The position numbers were made by a program, and so were the translations under genes. From Octopus sinensis (Eukaryota): a stretch of 64,000 nucleotides of DNA. Within the stretch, counting starts at the first letter, position 1, and every line of letters starts with the position of its first letter. The notes beneath the pieces are model-generated. The model had not been told where the DNA came from. It searched no databases and was given only the letters and a program-made list of their open reading frames with translations. This document shows positions 34,741-49,159 of this stretch, piece after piece. The stretch covers positions 45,508,001 through 45,572,000 of the forward strand of contig NC_043013.1 of NCBI RefSeq assembly GCF_006345805.1, given 5' to 3'.

Positions 34741-34973
34741 ATTTCTTTTACTACCCACAAGGGGCCAAACACAGAGGGGACAATCAAGGACAGACAAACG
34801 GATTAAGTCGATTACATCGACCCCAGTGTGTAACTGATACTTAATTTATCGACCCCGAAAGGATGAAAGGCAAAGTTGACCTCGGCGGAATTTGAACTCA
34901 GAACGTAACAGCAGACGAAATACGGCTACGCATTTCGCCCGGCGTGCTAACGTTTCTGCCAGCTCGCCGCCTT
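34741..34973 (-). mobile_element. SINE family A monomer
   Basis: Full head and tail; TSD GGAGAGCTTT on both sides (34731-40, 34974-83). Confidence 0.92.
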
Positions 34974-35595
34974 GGAGAGCTTTAAACCATCTTTTATATC
35001 TATTATACACTGATGTAAGAACAGGTCATTTATAAAGCTTGAAACATGTGTACCGCGACATCCTTTGTGTTCTGTTTTTGATTTTATTTGATATATACCC
35101 TCTCACCTCTGCCACTAGCTGGCATATATACAGGTGCTTACACTTATCAAGTATTCACCCTAAATTTGCAGTACCTATATGTATGTGTGTGTGTGTGTGT
35201 GTTTGTCTGACACCACCACTAATAACTGGTGTTTGCATGCTTACATCCCTGTAACTTAGTGGTTTGACAAAAAGAAACTGTTAAAGTACCATGCCTTAAA
35301 AAAATTAAGTAGTGGGGGTTGATTCTTCGAGGTGGAGCCCCAGCATGACCGCAGTCAAATGACTGAAAGAAGTAAAAGATAAAAGATTATACTAAGTAGA
35401 GCAGACTACTGCAGTGAGTGCCCCAGATTGAAAACGAGCACAACAGACATGGGTCTATCAGACATCTGAGAACCTCAGAGTCATGTTACCTTGTTTGTTA
35501 GTATAATTGTTACAGTTGTTAAGTGCACAACCTTCGCACTGGTCAAAAGTGATAACCATCCCACTGGTAAACATCCAATGTTATAATTGCCTGAA

Positions 35596-36124
35596 GGCAG
35601 CGAGCTGGCAGAAACGTTGGCATGCCAGGCGAGATGCTTAGCGGTATTTCATCTGCCTTTACGTTCTGAGTTCAAATTTCGCCGAGGTCGACTTTACCTA
35701 TCTTCCTTTCGGGGTTGATAAATTAAGTACCAGTTACATACTGGAGTCGATGTAATCGACTTAATATCTAAGTCTGTCCTTGTTTGTCTCCTCTATGTTT
35801 AACCCCTTGTGGGTAATAAAGAAATAAGTATTTCGTCTGCAGTTACGTTCTGAGTTCAAATTCCTCCGAGGTCGACTTTACCTTACATCCTTTCGGGGTC
35901 GATAAATTAAGTACCAGTTACACACTGGGGTCAATGTAATCGACTTAATATCTAAGTCTGTCCTTGTTTGTCTCCTCTATGTTTAGCCCCTTGTGGGTAA
36001 TAAAGAAATAGGTATTTCGTCTGCCGTTAAGTTCTGAGTTCAAATTCCGCCAAGGTCGACTTTGACTTAATCCGTTTGTCCCCTCTGTGTTTAGCCCCTT
36101 GTGGGGTAGTAAAGAAATAGTTAT
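35596..36124 (+). mobile_element. SINE family A trimer
   Basis: One head and three units (the third internally deleted); a single TSD ATTGCCTGAAGG (35586-97, 36125-36). Confidence 0.9.
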
Positions 36125-36310
36125 ATTGCCTGAAGGAATGAATCCATGAAGATAATCTACCTGATGCCCTTGGATAGTACAAACTGCACTGTAATCACCC
36201 TAGGAATATGGACTGTGATCTTAAGGGACATGGGATTTGTAGAAATGTGTGTAGTGATGCATTAAATGTTTATATATTCCATCCAAGGATTATTGTTATT
36301 ATAATTATAT

Positions 36311-36712
36311 ATTTCTTTATTGCCCACAAGGGGCTAGACACAGAGGGAACAAACAAGGACAGACAAACGGATTAAGTCGATTACATTGACCCCAGTGCGT
36401 AACTGGTACTTAATTTATTGACCCTGAAAGGATGAAAGGCAAAGTCGACCTCGGCAGAATTTGAACTCAGAACGTAGCGGCAAACAAAATACCTATTTCT
36501 TTACTACCCACAAGGGGCTAAACACAGAGGGGACAAACAAGGACAGACAAACGGATTAAGTCGATTACATCGACCCCAGTGCGTAACTGGTACTTAATTT
36601 ATCGACCCCGAAAGGATGAAAGGCAAAGTCGACCATGGCAGAATTTGAACTCAGTACGTAACAGCAGACGAAATACGGCTAGGCATTTCGCCCAGTGTGC
36701 CAGCTCGCCGCC
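36311..36712 (-). mobile_element. SINE family A dimer
   Basis: Two units and one head, with the same junction. Confidence 0.9.
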
Positions 36713-37014
36713 TTTTGTTATTGTTATTATTACTATATTTATGCTACATTACAAGGGGGTACCAAAAAGAAACCAGAATTTCGCAATATTATCTTATTCA
36801 CTTAGTTTTACATGTTTGCACATTTATTGGCCTGAAAGTATTCTCCATTTGAAGCAATGCGTTGGTCTTAGCATGTTTTCCAATGTTCAAAGAAGCAGTC
36901 CTGGAATTCTTACAAAGTGATGCCTTTTAACACCACTGTGGTTTTTTTTCTTCACCTCTTTCACATCTGCAAAACGTTTTCCTTTAAGGACTCTTTTCAT
37001 ACAGGTGAGCAAAA

Positions 37015-37522
37015 TCAATTCGATGACTGGCATCCGTGCTAGCGGGGTGCAAAGAGCACCATACGAGTGTGATAGTTGACAGAGCAGCCATTCGAGTATG
37101 ATCATTACCAGCGTTGTCTTACTGACACTTATGCCTGTGCTTGTAGGGTGCCAAGAGCACCATCCGAGTGTGATCGTTGCAAGAACAGCCAACTGGCTTC
37201 CGTACCCGTGGCACGTAAGAGGGCACCATTCGAGCGTGATCCTTACCAACATCGCTTCACTGGCACCTGTGTCGGTAGCACATGTAAAAAGATTCGAGTG
37301 AGGTCGTTGCCAGTGATGCCTGACTGGCCCCCGTGCTGGTGGTATGTAAAAAGCACCCACTACACTCTCGGAGTGGTTGGCATTAGGAAGGGCATCCAGC
37401 TGTAGAAACTACCAGATCAAGATTGGAGCCTGGTGCAGCCATCTGGTTCGCCAGCCCTCAGTCAACATCGTCCAACCCATGCTAGCATGGAAAGCGGACG
37501 TTAAATGATGATGATGATGATG
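37015..37522 (+). mobile_element. SINE-like family C within the mariner
   Basis: 12-bp TSD AGGTGAGCAAAA (37003-14, 37523-34); (ATG)n tail. Confidence 0.9.
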
Positions 37523-38349
37523 AGGTGAGCAAAAAAAAAAAACTCACTGGGAGCAAGATTGGGTAAATAGGGAGGGTGGGTAAGCATGGTCTTGCCATTT
37601 TTGGTCAAAAATTGGCTCACACTGAAGGCGGTCTATGCAGGAGCATTGTTGTGATGAAACCACCACTTTCCACTTTGACACAGGTCGGGTCATTTTCATC
37701 TCACTGAGTCTTGCAAATTCTTCAGAACAGCCAAGTAAAATGTCTGGTTAACAGTTTGACCAGAAGGAACAAATTTTCCTTTCGCATTGATGAAACAAAT
37801 CACCGTTGTCTTGACATTGGACTTCATGTGACACACTTTTCGAGGGTGTGGTGACATCAAATGCTTCCATTAATTTGATTGCTGCTTTGTTTCCGGGTTG
37901 TAGCTGTAGCACCAGTTTTTGTCCCCACTGATGACTTTTGAAAAACATCCAGATCAACTTTCAGCTGTTCTTTCAGTTCCTGACACGTATTTAGTTGTGA
38001 CTGCTTTTAATCTTCCGTGATCAAGCGAGGCACAAATTTTATTGCAACTCCTTTCATTTGCAATTCCTTGCTCGAAATTCATTGGCAGGAGCTCCAGGAC
38101 GCACCAATCATATCAACAAGTTCCTCAATTGTTTGCCTAAGATAAGTTCATGAATTTTCATGATGCTTTCATTCGTTCAGGAGGTCGATGGTCACCTTGA
38201 ACAAAGTTGGTTTTCAAGCGACAAGTAATAATTCCTAATGCATGAAAACCATTCATAAACTTGTGTTTTGTATATAGCAACTTCCTTGTAAGCTGTTTGA
38301 AGCATGATAACTGTTTCAGCTGCCCTTTTCCCTAGTAGAAAGCAGAATT

Positions 38350-38602
38350 TCCCCTATTCTGGCAGAATTCCCCGGTAATCTGACAGAATCATTAGCACGC
38401 TGGGTGAAATGGTTAGCAGTATTTCGTCTGCTGTTACGTTCTGAGTTCAAATTCTGCTGAGGTCGACATTGCCTTTCATCTTTTCAGGGTCGATAAATTA
38501 AGTACCAGTTACGCACTGGGGTCAATGTAATCGACTTAATTCCTTTGTCTGTCCTTGTTTGTCCCCTCTATGTTTTAGCCCCTTGTGGGCAATAAAAAAA
38601 TA
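38350..38602 (+). mobile_element. SINE family A within the mariner, duplicated 5' start
   Basis: 13-bp TSD AGAAAGCAGAATT (38337-49, 38603-15). Confidence 0.9.
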
Positions 38603-38956
38603 AGAAAGCAGAATTACTCGGAAGCACACTGTCCTTCATGTCAGTCATCGCAAAAATCAATGAACAGGGAGATGCTCTGCAAAACAAAGACGCACCATGT
38701 GGCAGTACGACTACAATCGATGACGCCAGTCAGCAGACTGATGCCTGAGGGTCACATCAAGTGGCTACTAGCAGTGGAAACCTGAAATACTACGGGCTTG
38801 TCCCACAGAGAACATTTCCAGTTACTTTTGGGTACCCCCTTGTATATTGGTACAGCTTGATGCAATCCCAAAAACTGGTTTGCTAGTCAGCATCATTAGA
38901 CTTTGGCTGGCATAATGAAATAGGAGCTTCATTTGCATATTCAAAACATTTCCCAT

Positions 38957-39447
38957 AGGCAAGTGAAATTGAAATCAAATTCAATGACTGGCATCCATGT
39001 AAGTGGAGCGCAAAGAGTACCATACGAGCGTGATCATTGCCAGAGCAACAAGCTGCCCTCCGTGCCAGTAGCATGTAAAAAAACACCATTTGAGTGTGAT
39101 TGTTACCTGTGTCGCCTTACTGGCACTTGTGCTGGTGGCACGTGAAAAAACATTCGAGTGAGGTCGTTGCCAGTGCCGCTGGACTGACTCCTGTGCAAGT
39201 AGCACATAAAAAGCACCATTTGAATGTGGCCGTTGCCAGTACCACCTGACTGGCCCTCGTGCCAGTGGCACGTAAAAGCACCCACTACACTCTCAGAGTG
39301 GTTGGCGTTAGGAAGGGCATCCAGCTGTAGAAACTCTGCCAGATCAAGATTGGTGCCTGGTGCAGCCATCTGGTTTGCTAGACCTCAGTCAAATCGTCCA
39401 ACCCATGCTAGCATGGAAAGCGGACGTTAAACAATGATGATGATGAT
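38957..39447 (+). mobile_element. SINE-like family C
   Basis: 5' ATGACTGGCATCC block shared with the 37015 copy; internal subrepeats; (ATG)n tail. Confidence 0.88.
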
Positions 39448-39909
39448 ATATACAGTATATATAGCATTAGGTATGACCTTTGTGTTAGGAAGGGCATCTA
39501 GTCATAGAAACCAAGCCAAATCAGGTTGGAACCTGGTGCAGCTGTCCAGCTCTAATCAAACTGTCCAAACTATGCCAGTATGTTAAACGATGATGATGAT
39601 ACATACATATAAATAATATATATATATATATATACACACACACATACATGTATGTATGTATGTATATCTACATACATTTTTGTTAAGGTGCTGTAAGGTT
39701 GAAGCCATCATGTACATTGATACCTTGATCACCAATGGACGAATATAACTTCAGAAATCTGTTTTCCTTAGTTCTTCCTTTATTCAGCTTTTATTTATTA
39801 CTTTTGTTGACTGTCATGCATACACATAGACGCACACACACATACGTATATGTATGCATATGTGTATGTATAGATATATGTATGTGTATGCGTGTGTGTA
39901 TGTTTCTTT

Positions 39910-40265
39910 TTTGCACTTGCAGAGTCTAGAAGAACGGGTAGAGCCCCCATGATACTTGCTGGGTCTCCGAGGCTGGTTGAGATTAATACTGTTAAGGTTA
40001 CGTTTAAAGCGTCGCAAATCAACATCTGCAGGAAAAGACATGAGCAGATTCCAGAAGGCCGCGACGTTCTGGGGGGCACGAAGCATTTAGCATGGGGGTA
40101 AGCGCGGGGAAGGGTGATTAGATGCCCCAAGTGTGCCGATGGGCGCAGAGACGAGTGGGACGGGGTAACTGAGTGGTGGAGCTACAAAGAGGCTTTTATT
40201 GTAGCAACAGCAAAAGATAGAGGAGGTAACATGTCTGTGGACCAGAGGCTGGAGTGTGTCCGTTA
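39910..40265 (-). mobile_element. 3' ORF2 remnant of a CR1/L2-type LINE
   Basis: Frameshifted TLQPLVHRHVTSSIF..YN and FWNLLMSFPADVDLRRFKRNLNSINL resemble the TLQPLSHRR...WNSLP..FP..YDL..FK C-terminus of these LINEs. Confidence 0.7.
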
Positions 40266-41039
40266 GTGACGTATGCATGCATACCTACATACGTAAATAC
40301 GTATGCATACGCACACACATATGTATGCCTATGCACACCAAACATGCATACACACATATGCTTGCATGCATGCATGCATGCATACGTACTTACATAATGC
40401 ATTCATGCATAGATTCAAGAGAAGAAATATCGACAAGCATGATGAAATAAACCGGTCTAAAACCGTTTTTATTTTCGTCCTATTTCTTTCTTTCTAGGAA
40501 TTTATCGTCAAGTACGTTTCATTTTTCACTTTCAGCTTTTGAATTTTAGTAAATAAGAATTTGGAGAAAAATATTTTAAAATATGTATTTTAATGTCACA
40601 TCAAAAATACTTATTATTGTTGTTTTCATCGTATATTTCCATAGATACTTCGCATAGCAGTATGTACACTGCACTCACATGTGCATGTACTTCTACATAC
40701 ACGCACGCGCGCAAGAAATAATTACGCATACATACATGTACATATAATTATACAATCACACACACACACACACACACATACACATGTATTTGTGTATGTA
40801 TACATACATACGATGCTATCCATCTGTCAATTATTGGTTGATAAAGCAAAACATCGGGAGTATTAATTATTAATTACAGAAACGAAACACGAACATAAAT
40901 ATGTTTGTTAAATATCGCAAAGAATATTTTTTAATTGTTTATACGAAAAGTGTGTGTTTGTGGTTGTTATGATTCTGTTTGTGAGTGTAAGTGTCGTGTG
41001 TGAGTGTCTGTGTGGTTGTGAGCGGCCCCTCTATGAGTG

Positions 41040-41538
<499 letters not shown>

Positions 41539-43097
41539 TAAGTAAATATACCGCAATCAAAGTGAGAAACGAGAGGGATGAAGAGAGAGAGAGAGAGACA
41601 GAGATAGATAGAGAGAGAGAGAAAGAAAGAAAGAATGAGAGTGTGTGAAGGGGAGAGAAAGAGAGAGAGAGAGATGCATGACTACAGATTAGGCATTAAG
41701 TGGGGGATCAAGTTTATATTTATTTTGTTTCATGACAAACTTCCTTTCACCAGTTAATATCTTAGATTCTTAGTAAACATCCATGCTTAAGCTGTTTATC
41801 ACCACAATACCTTAACCTACTCTTTCCCTCTGTTTATATGTATTTATACACCTCTCCATTCTTATATATAATACTTATGCCTGCCCCCATGCTGTGCATA
41901 CAGAAATTCCTTTCAGACAATATATATTCTAGCATGTGTGACTACAGTGTTGTTATTATTTATTATTATTCAGCAAATCCAACCCAAAGTAATTCAACAA
42001 TGGGATCCATGTTTTAATTTATTGGCCAAGCTTTCTTAAATTTAGTGTTTTCCCCATTTGCCATTTTATTATATATGTTAGTAGATATCGTCAATTAATT
42101 ATTTTCGTTTTTGTTCCTTCTGATTTATGCTTATATATATATATACTCAATGCCGGTCGTGCTTAATATATCCATATACGGTTAACAGTGTTGCAGTCTG
42201 CATGGTCAGAAATTAGGGCAACCACATTTCAATGTGTCCCCTCGTTAACCAAACAAGTCCTTCAAGAACCGGCGAAATTTCGTTTAAAACCGACTGCGAG
42301 AAATTGATGAAGCAACCGAATAAAACTCTTCATTTTTGTATCCCAGTCATTATTAGAATACAATTGATATCTTCGGAATTAATTAATTAGAAAAAAAGCA
42401 AAAAAAATACTCATATAAACGTTCAATAATAATTTAATTACCGAGAATGTAATGTACATACATTAGTCACATGTATGTCGGTTTCTATTCATACACACAC
42501 ACACACACATACATACACACATATATACACTCACTCGCTCGCATATATTTGTGTGTATATGGTAAGGAATCTGCTAAATAAGAATCGTTTTTCGATTGAT
42601 TTTTTTTCCTTCCTAGTATGTAAAAAAATAACAAAAGCGTGGTGTGTCTAATAATGGTCGGGTGTATTTTATTTCATTTGTGATGTTAGTAGTGCGTGGA
42701 GTGGTGGTTTTATTTAGTGGGAAAGAAGAATAGTGAATAGTCACAGCGAATTGAGTGTGTGCCGACTAAAACAACCGGCGAACTGTTGTAGCCAATAGTC
42801 GTGCAGTTAACACCAACTTCGTCGTCACCACATGCTTTTATAATGCTTCGCAAATCCAGGGAGAAATAGAGCCAGCTTTTCACGGCAAATCCTCCATCAC
42901 ATCCGTCTCTGTTTTATCTCTCTGTCGCCGACTGGCTTCATATTTACCAACCTATTGTGTCATCATCAATCGCTGTTTTGTTCTTTTGTGAGCTTTCTAA
43001 ATGCCATGTGCGTTTTCATCATGGCGGCTGTGTAAACAAGATTTTTCATACTCAAGACATCCACAAGCACACACAGAGAATATATATATTTATAGAT

Positions 43098-43420
43098 ATT
43101 CCGCCGAGGTCGACTTTGCCTTTCATCCTTTCGGGGTCGATAAATAATATACCACTTATGCACATGGGGTCGATGTAATCGACTTAATCCCTTTGTTTGT
43201 CCCCCTCTATGTTTAGCCCCTTGTGGGCAGTAAAGAAATATATATTTATAAATATACATAAATATATATATATGTATATATATACTGTCTGCCTTTCATC
43301 CTTTCGGGGTCGATAAATAAAGTACCAGTTACGCACTGGGGTTCGATGTAATCGACTTAATCCCTTTGTCTGTCCTTGTTTGTCCCCCTCTATGTTTAGC
43401 CCTTTGTGGGCAGTAAAGAA
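43098..43420 (+). mobile_element. Two 5'-truncated SINE family A copies separated by a duplicated AT-rich spacer
   Basis: Bodies at 43098-43240 and 43289-43420; the same TATATTTATAAATATACATAAAT...TACTGTC spacer follows each. Confidence 0.85.
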
Positions 43421-43449
43421 ATATATATTTATAAATATACATAAATATA

Positions 43450-43506
<57 letters not shown>

Positions 43507-44159
43507 TGTCGTTGATCGAGCAGTGTAAATATTACTTTTATCTATAACACGTGGAAAACCGAACCCATATCTTTCTAAACGTTCCAAGCCACAAAGCGGC
43601 AACTAAATATATTTTAAATAAATAAATATCGTTTAAAATTTTTAAATCCGGTCTAAGGTGAACCAACACAATAATTGTCTAGACGCAATCTTCTAAAAAA
43701 ACTACAAAAAAACGAACATGGTTCGAATTCTTCCTATATATTATATATATTTTAATTTTGCCCCACAGATCATGTTTTTTTTTTTTTTTTATGCCTGTGT
43801 ATTATTATTATTATTATTATTATTATTTTTCCCACCATTAAGTTTGTTGTTTCAGTGTTTCCAATTGAAGAAACACTCCCTCCTTCAAGGACCTGAATAA
43901 AAACCACACACACCCATGGTGGATCTTTTCTGCGCCGTTTCTGAGAATTATTTCCCCTGTTTTTGTTTACTTACTTAAAAAGCCTTTTCGACATTTGATC
44001 CACTAAAAACATCTACAATCGCTTACTCTGCCCTGAATTATTTTCTACCACTCTTTGTTTATTTATGGAGGTATACACACACACACCACACACGTGTGTA
44101 TATATATTGTGCGCGTGTGATTATATAACCCACTAGTTCTTTAAATTTAGGTCATCAAT

Positions 44160-44201
44160 TTATTAGTTATTTTTAATGTTGTACTCCTGTGTATTTTATG
44201 C

Positions 44202-44232
<31 letters not shown>

Positions 44233-44810
44233 CATACACACACATATCTGTAATAATCCTTATATCTATATAGCTATGTATATTTTTTAAAAGCAGACGT
44301 TTTATACACACACACACACATACATATATATGCACACATATATATACATATATATGCACACATATATATACATATATATGTAGTATATATACACACACAT
44401 ATATATACACACATATATATACACTCACATATATATATACACACACACATATACATACATATATACACACACACATACATATATACTCACACACATATCT
44501 GTAATAATCCTTATATCTATATAACTATGTATATTTTTTAAAAGCAGACGTTTTATACACACACACATACATATATATATATGCATACATATATATATAT
44601 GCACACATATATACATATATATGCACACATATATATACATATATATGTAGTATATATACACACACATATATACACATATATATACACTCACACATATATA
44701 TACACACACACACATATACATACATATATACACACACACATATATCTGTAATAATCCTTATATCTATATAACTATGTATATTTTTTAAAAGCAGACGTTT
44801 TATATACACA
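44160..44810. repeat. About 250-bp tandem repeat (2.5-3 units) in FoxK intron 1
   Basis: TGTAATAATCCTTATATCTATATA core at 44249, 44500 and 44747. Confidence 0.88.
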
Positions 44811-44906
44811 CATGCACTCTACGTGTAACTCTTTTACCTATATCCGAGGTGACGAGTTCGGTCCTCAACTACGTCGATTTTGCAATTTCTCTTTATGTTT
44901 GCAGAT

Positions 44907-44946
<40 letters not shown>

Positions 44947-46672
44947 CGTATGTATGTATGTATATGTAGTAGATGTGTGCTGTTTAGCGATGTTAACGAT
45001 GTCAGTGGGAGAAAACAAGTGTATAAAAACTAGCTGTGTTCATTTTGTTTACAGCAGCTTTTGCTGTGAGTAGTAAGTAGCAAGTGCCAACAGACAAACA
45101 ATCCTATACGTCTCCCCTCTCTCTCTAAACACGCCGTTTCTCTCTTTTTTTTTGTAGGACAGGATGATGATGAGGAGGGGGTGCGAGAGAGAGAGATAGA
45201 GAGAAAGAGAGCATCTTTCGGGTTGTATGTGATGGTTTATTTAGTTCAACGATGGACGTATTTCGTCTCATCCTAAATTCTTCTTCTTCTATCAGTTGTT
45301 TTGTCAGAATTAAATTACAATTGCGACCAAAAGAACCGTGGACATCGTCGCGAAGATGCTATTTATTGTTCATCAAGCACTGCCTTTATATATATATATA
45401 TATATATGTGTGTATATATATATATTTATGTATGTCTGTCGCCTTTGCAAAATTTATATGCATATATATATATAAATGTATTTTCCCCCTATTGATGATT
45501 TGATTTCTTCACGAAGGAAAAATGCTGCAAAGGAGAAAAAAAAAATCTTCTGATACGAATTCTGCAGACGTTGGTTGTATCGCAATTCTTGTGCGCAGCT
45601 GCATATTTCGCCGTTGGACGAAGAAGGAGTGGTGTCTGCAAATAAAGCGAGGAGCTTCCAAGTGCTCGTTACTGCTTGATTCATAATATACCTGTTACCG
45701 GTTTGTTCGTAGTTTGGGATGGTCATGTGCTTGCTTAACAACACTTTATTATTTCACAAAAAAAACCCCTCTCTCTCTCTCTTCGGCTGTTTTTTTCTTT
45801 TTTTACACACACTGCTTCGGTGTTTTCTACACTATCTCTCGCCTTGTAATTCTGTCAAGAATTATTAGTTTATACAGGGGCGTTATGTTTATATATATAT
45901 ATGTATATATATATATATGTATCGGTTTAGCTTCGTAGATTAAAATTAAAAATCTGAAAGCGAACAGATTTAAAAAAGAAATAAATACAAGAGCACTTCG
46001 TCCTGTTTTTCTCACACGAAGCACGCGGCTTCGTTTCCTAGTCACCCATTATAAAAATGTTTCTTTCTTCTAGCACATGGGTGTGTGATACCATACTATA
46101 CAACATTCGCAGTCTTTATTGGCCATCATTTGCTTCGTGTTAAAAAATTAACCCAGCAAAAAAGCCACATCTGAATACGGTGGGGGGACGTGAACTAATT
46201 ATTTTATTAATTAAATGTTATTTACACATTTATTATTGTTATTTTTTCTTCCCCCGTATTTCCTCTTTAAAAGGCTGTAGTATTTCTCCCCTCCCATCAA
46301 CGTTATCCGCCATCTCTTTCTAGTGGATGTACTTCAAATCTATCCCAATAAATGTTAATATAATTTCATGTTTGCTAATAATACACATGACAACGTTTTG
46401 GTCTTTTCGTAATTCTCCTGAGTTTATTATATTTTATGAACAGTAGCTATAAATCACTCTTTGATTTCCTTTCCTTTCCTCTTATTTCCTACGGTTATAA
46501 CATATATATATATACATATATATATATACATACATACACATTTATATATATACATACACATATTCAAACATGTTTATATCTTAAATCTCGTGGCCTATTA
46601 AAATCCGTATTCACAATAACTTTAGTAAACTTCTAATCAATATAGCTTAAAACCGCATTTATTTGTCTTCGC

Positions 46673-46709
<37 letters not shown>

Positions 46710-46782
46710 AATAAATTAAATTAATTATAATTCAGAAAATTTAATTTGCAAATTTAATAATTTATTCTATGAAGTAACAGCC

Positions 46783-46813
<31 letters not shown>

Positions 46814-47749
46814 AATTACTGCTTTAATTTTCTTTATATACTCGCGTATAAACTGGAATTTTACTGTAAATTTTGAGTGTCACATTTCAAAATTTTCGTA
46901 AATAGTAAATTATGATCACATCTATCCAAAACATTTTTTAAAATGAGAATTCTAAACTAATATTCACGGTTCTTAAGTGATTTAAAAAAATTACTCGAAA
47001 TTTTAGCATGCTCGTAGTAAATTTTGTCAGTCGCTTCATAATATTTGTCCATGTTCGACAGGTTTGCAATTTTTGGTATTTGCTTTTAGTTAGATGACGT
47101 TCTTGCTGCCAAACACCTAGTATGTTTACATATAAATCCATCAGTGTAATTTTGTATTCCATAATTAATTTTTAGCTTTGTTATTGAAGCATAATTGTCA
47201 TTAACCACCATCCTCAGTTAATCTATTTTTCTCTCTTTGTATACAACAGAAATATAGTGTTCGCCTAATTGTATGCCATGTGTGTTTTTCTTTTTGGCGG
47301 CTCTTGTTAAATTATATAGCATTGCTGTTATTTTATAAAATCACTTGTTTTGTGTATTCATGGATGCTGTAATGTCACACAATTTGGCAGCCATCTTAAC
47401 AGATGGCATACAAAACAAAACAAGATGAAAAGTTGCACTTTAAATTTATTCAACGGGTACTGTTGATAGTTGAGGCAATATCTTTTTGTTTTTTTTTGTC
47501 AGGAATAAATAAAAGATAACGAGGTAGGTTCCAGCCAAGCGTTGGGTGACATGGCAATGAGATGATGCAGTAGATCCATAAAGGCTAAAACACACAGGCC
47601 TGGAAAATTGGAAGGAAAGAGCAGAACAATGTCAAGTAGCCAGAAGAGAAGCTAGACGTTAGGTAAACACAGGATGGAGAAGAGCTGAAGATGAGGGGGT
47701 TTATCCTGTGATTAGAGGGATCAGAAGTGTATTGGCCCTCATTGACACT

Positions 47750-48860
47750 GAGAAAAGTCTTGAAAATGCAAGAAGTTACTGAATAGAATGCATGGGTGGG
47801 GGGGGGGAGAAACTATCCCAAGTAGATCCAACAGAGTGTCCAGCTAATGCCGACCAGAACTTGCAAGCTATTTGAAAAAGCCATTTAGGGTATGATGAGA
47901 AAGATATCACTAAAATACTAAAAAAATATCTCACAGATATCTTCATGGCATACATTTATCCTCTTTTTGAAGTTGGGTGGATTACCATTGGAGGGAGACT
48001 TACTGCTATCTCTAGCAGGTCAACTGATCACTTGAAGGTTTTCTTCATTGGTCTCCACTTGATTGATTATTTAAGAGGTGTCGTTATCTCGATAACCGGT
48101 GTTGGGCAAAGTGACATAGAAAAGAACTTAGTGCAGAAAGAGCTGGAGCAGAACTGATTAGCAAGAAAATTAGTCTGGATGAGATGCAGTGTCAGTGTGT
48201 GCCAGGATAGGGAACCATTTCTTAGGCCATTACAGGGGAAGTTTTTAGATAAGAGCAGGACACAATACCCCCACATTCGTTACCATGGAGAAGGCCTTTG
48301 ATAAGGTGGCATTCTCTGTAGCCTGGTGGTTGCTAAGAAAACTAAGTGTAGGTGAATAGTTTGAGGGCTTGTTGGAGTTTTTCAATTCAATGTACTGAAG
48401 CACTTTTAGCAAGTGGAGAGCTATGAGTTCAGTTAAGGGTTTAATGCATAGGTAAGCATCTATGAGGAGCCCTTTAAGGTTTAATAGAGGAGTTCAAGAT
48501 TGGTTGATTGTGGGAATGCCTATATGTCAACAACTTAGTCCTCATACCTGAATTAGTCAAAGAATTGGAGAATATATTGAAAATAGTGATGCATATTCTA
48601 GAATCAAGAAGTCTAAAAGTAAATCTAGCGAAGACAAAAGTCTTAAAAAACTTTGTCACCATTTTGGTAAGGGGTCTTGCTTGTTATGCAGAAAAGGTAC
48701 AGTGGGACTGTTTTGTGTGTACCTTATATGAACTGTAGGAGCACATGAGATGAAGTGGGGAACCAGGCAGAATGACAGAAGAAAGAACTTTGCATGAAAG
48801 CAGATGCAGAAGGTTTGTTAGCGCCAAGAATACCTGTAAAGTAAATTCTTTCAGAGGTCT
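47750..48860 (+). mobile_element. Highly decayed RTE-type LINE RT remnant
   Basis: DEMQ, MEKAFDKV and WECLYVNNLVLIPE...LESRSLKVNLAKTKVL correspond to DLEKAFD and WELLYADDLVL...KVNLAKTKV. Confidence 0.7.
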
Positions 48861-48906
48861 TTTGTTATCTACTCGTCCTAATTTGTATTAATGGTAGGTG
48901 TTTTAA

Positions 48907-49125
48907 CCCTTTTGATACCAACCCGGCTGAAACCGGCTTTGGCTCTGAGTACAAAATGTCTTGTTTTCAAAAGTTTTGAATTAAAATCTTCTATTAAACC
49001 TCAGTCACAAATTATGTCCCTATCACTAGCTTAATGATAACTAAGTTATTTTACTAAATTCTTTGTGATATTTAAAGTAATTGAAAGAAACAGAGCATCT
49101 CAAAATAAATACAGTAATGAAAGGG
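48907..49125. mobile_element. piggyBac-like MITE (219 bp), second family
   Basis: TTAA|CCCTTT ... AAAGGG|TTAA. Confidence 0.78.
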
Positions 49126-49159
49126 TTAAAACCATAATAGCCAGAATAAGAATAAGGTG

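Larger units (their letters stand above)
36752..38842 (-). mobile_element. Full-length defective mariner (irritans-like) carrying two SINE insertions
   Basis: TA|CAAGGGGGTACC.AAAAG TIRs at both ends. Decayed KFCFLLGKRAAETVIMLQTAYK, SGDKNWCYSYNPETKQQS and MKRVLKGKRFADV. About 1305 bp after removing the inserts. Confidence 0.9.

Noticed and set aside
45454-45744. 96-aa minus-strand ORF in the intronic CpG island
   Set aside because: No recognisable domain or splice context; treated as non-coding.
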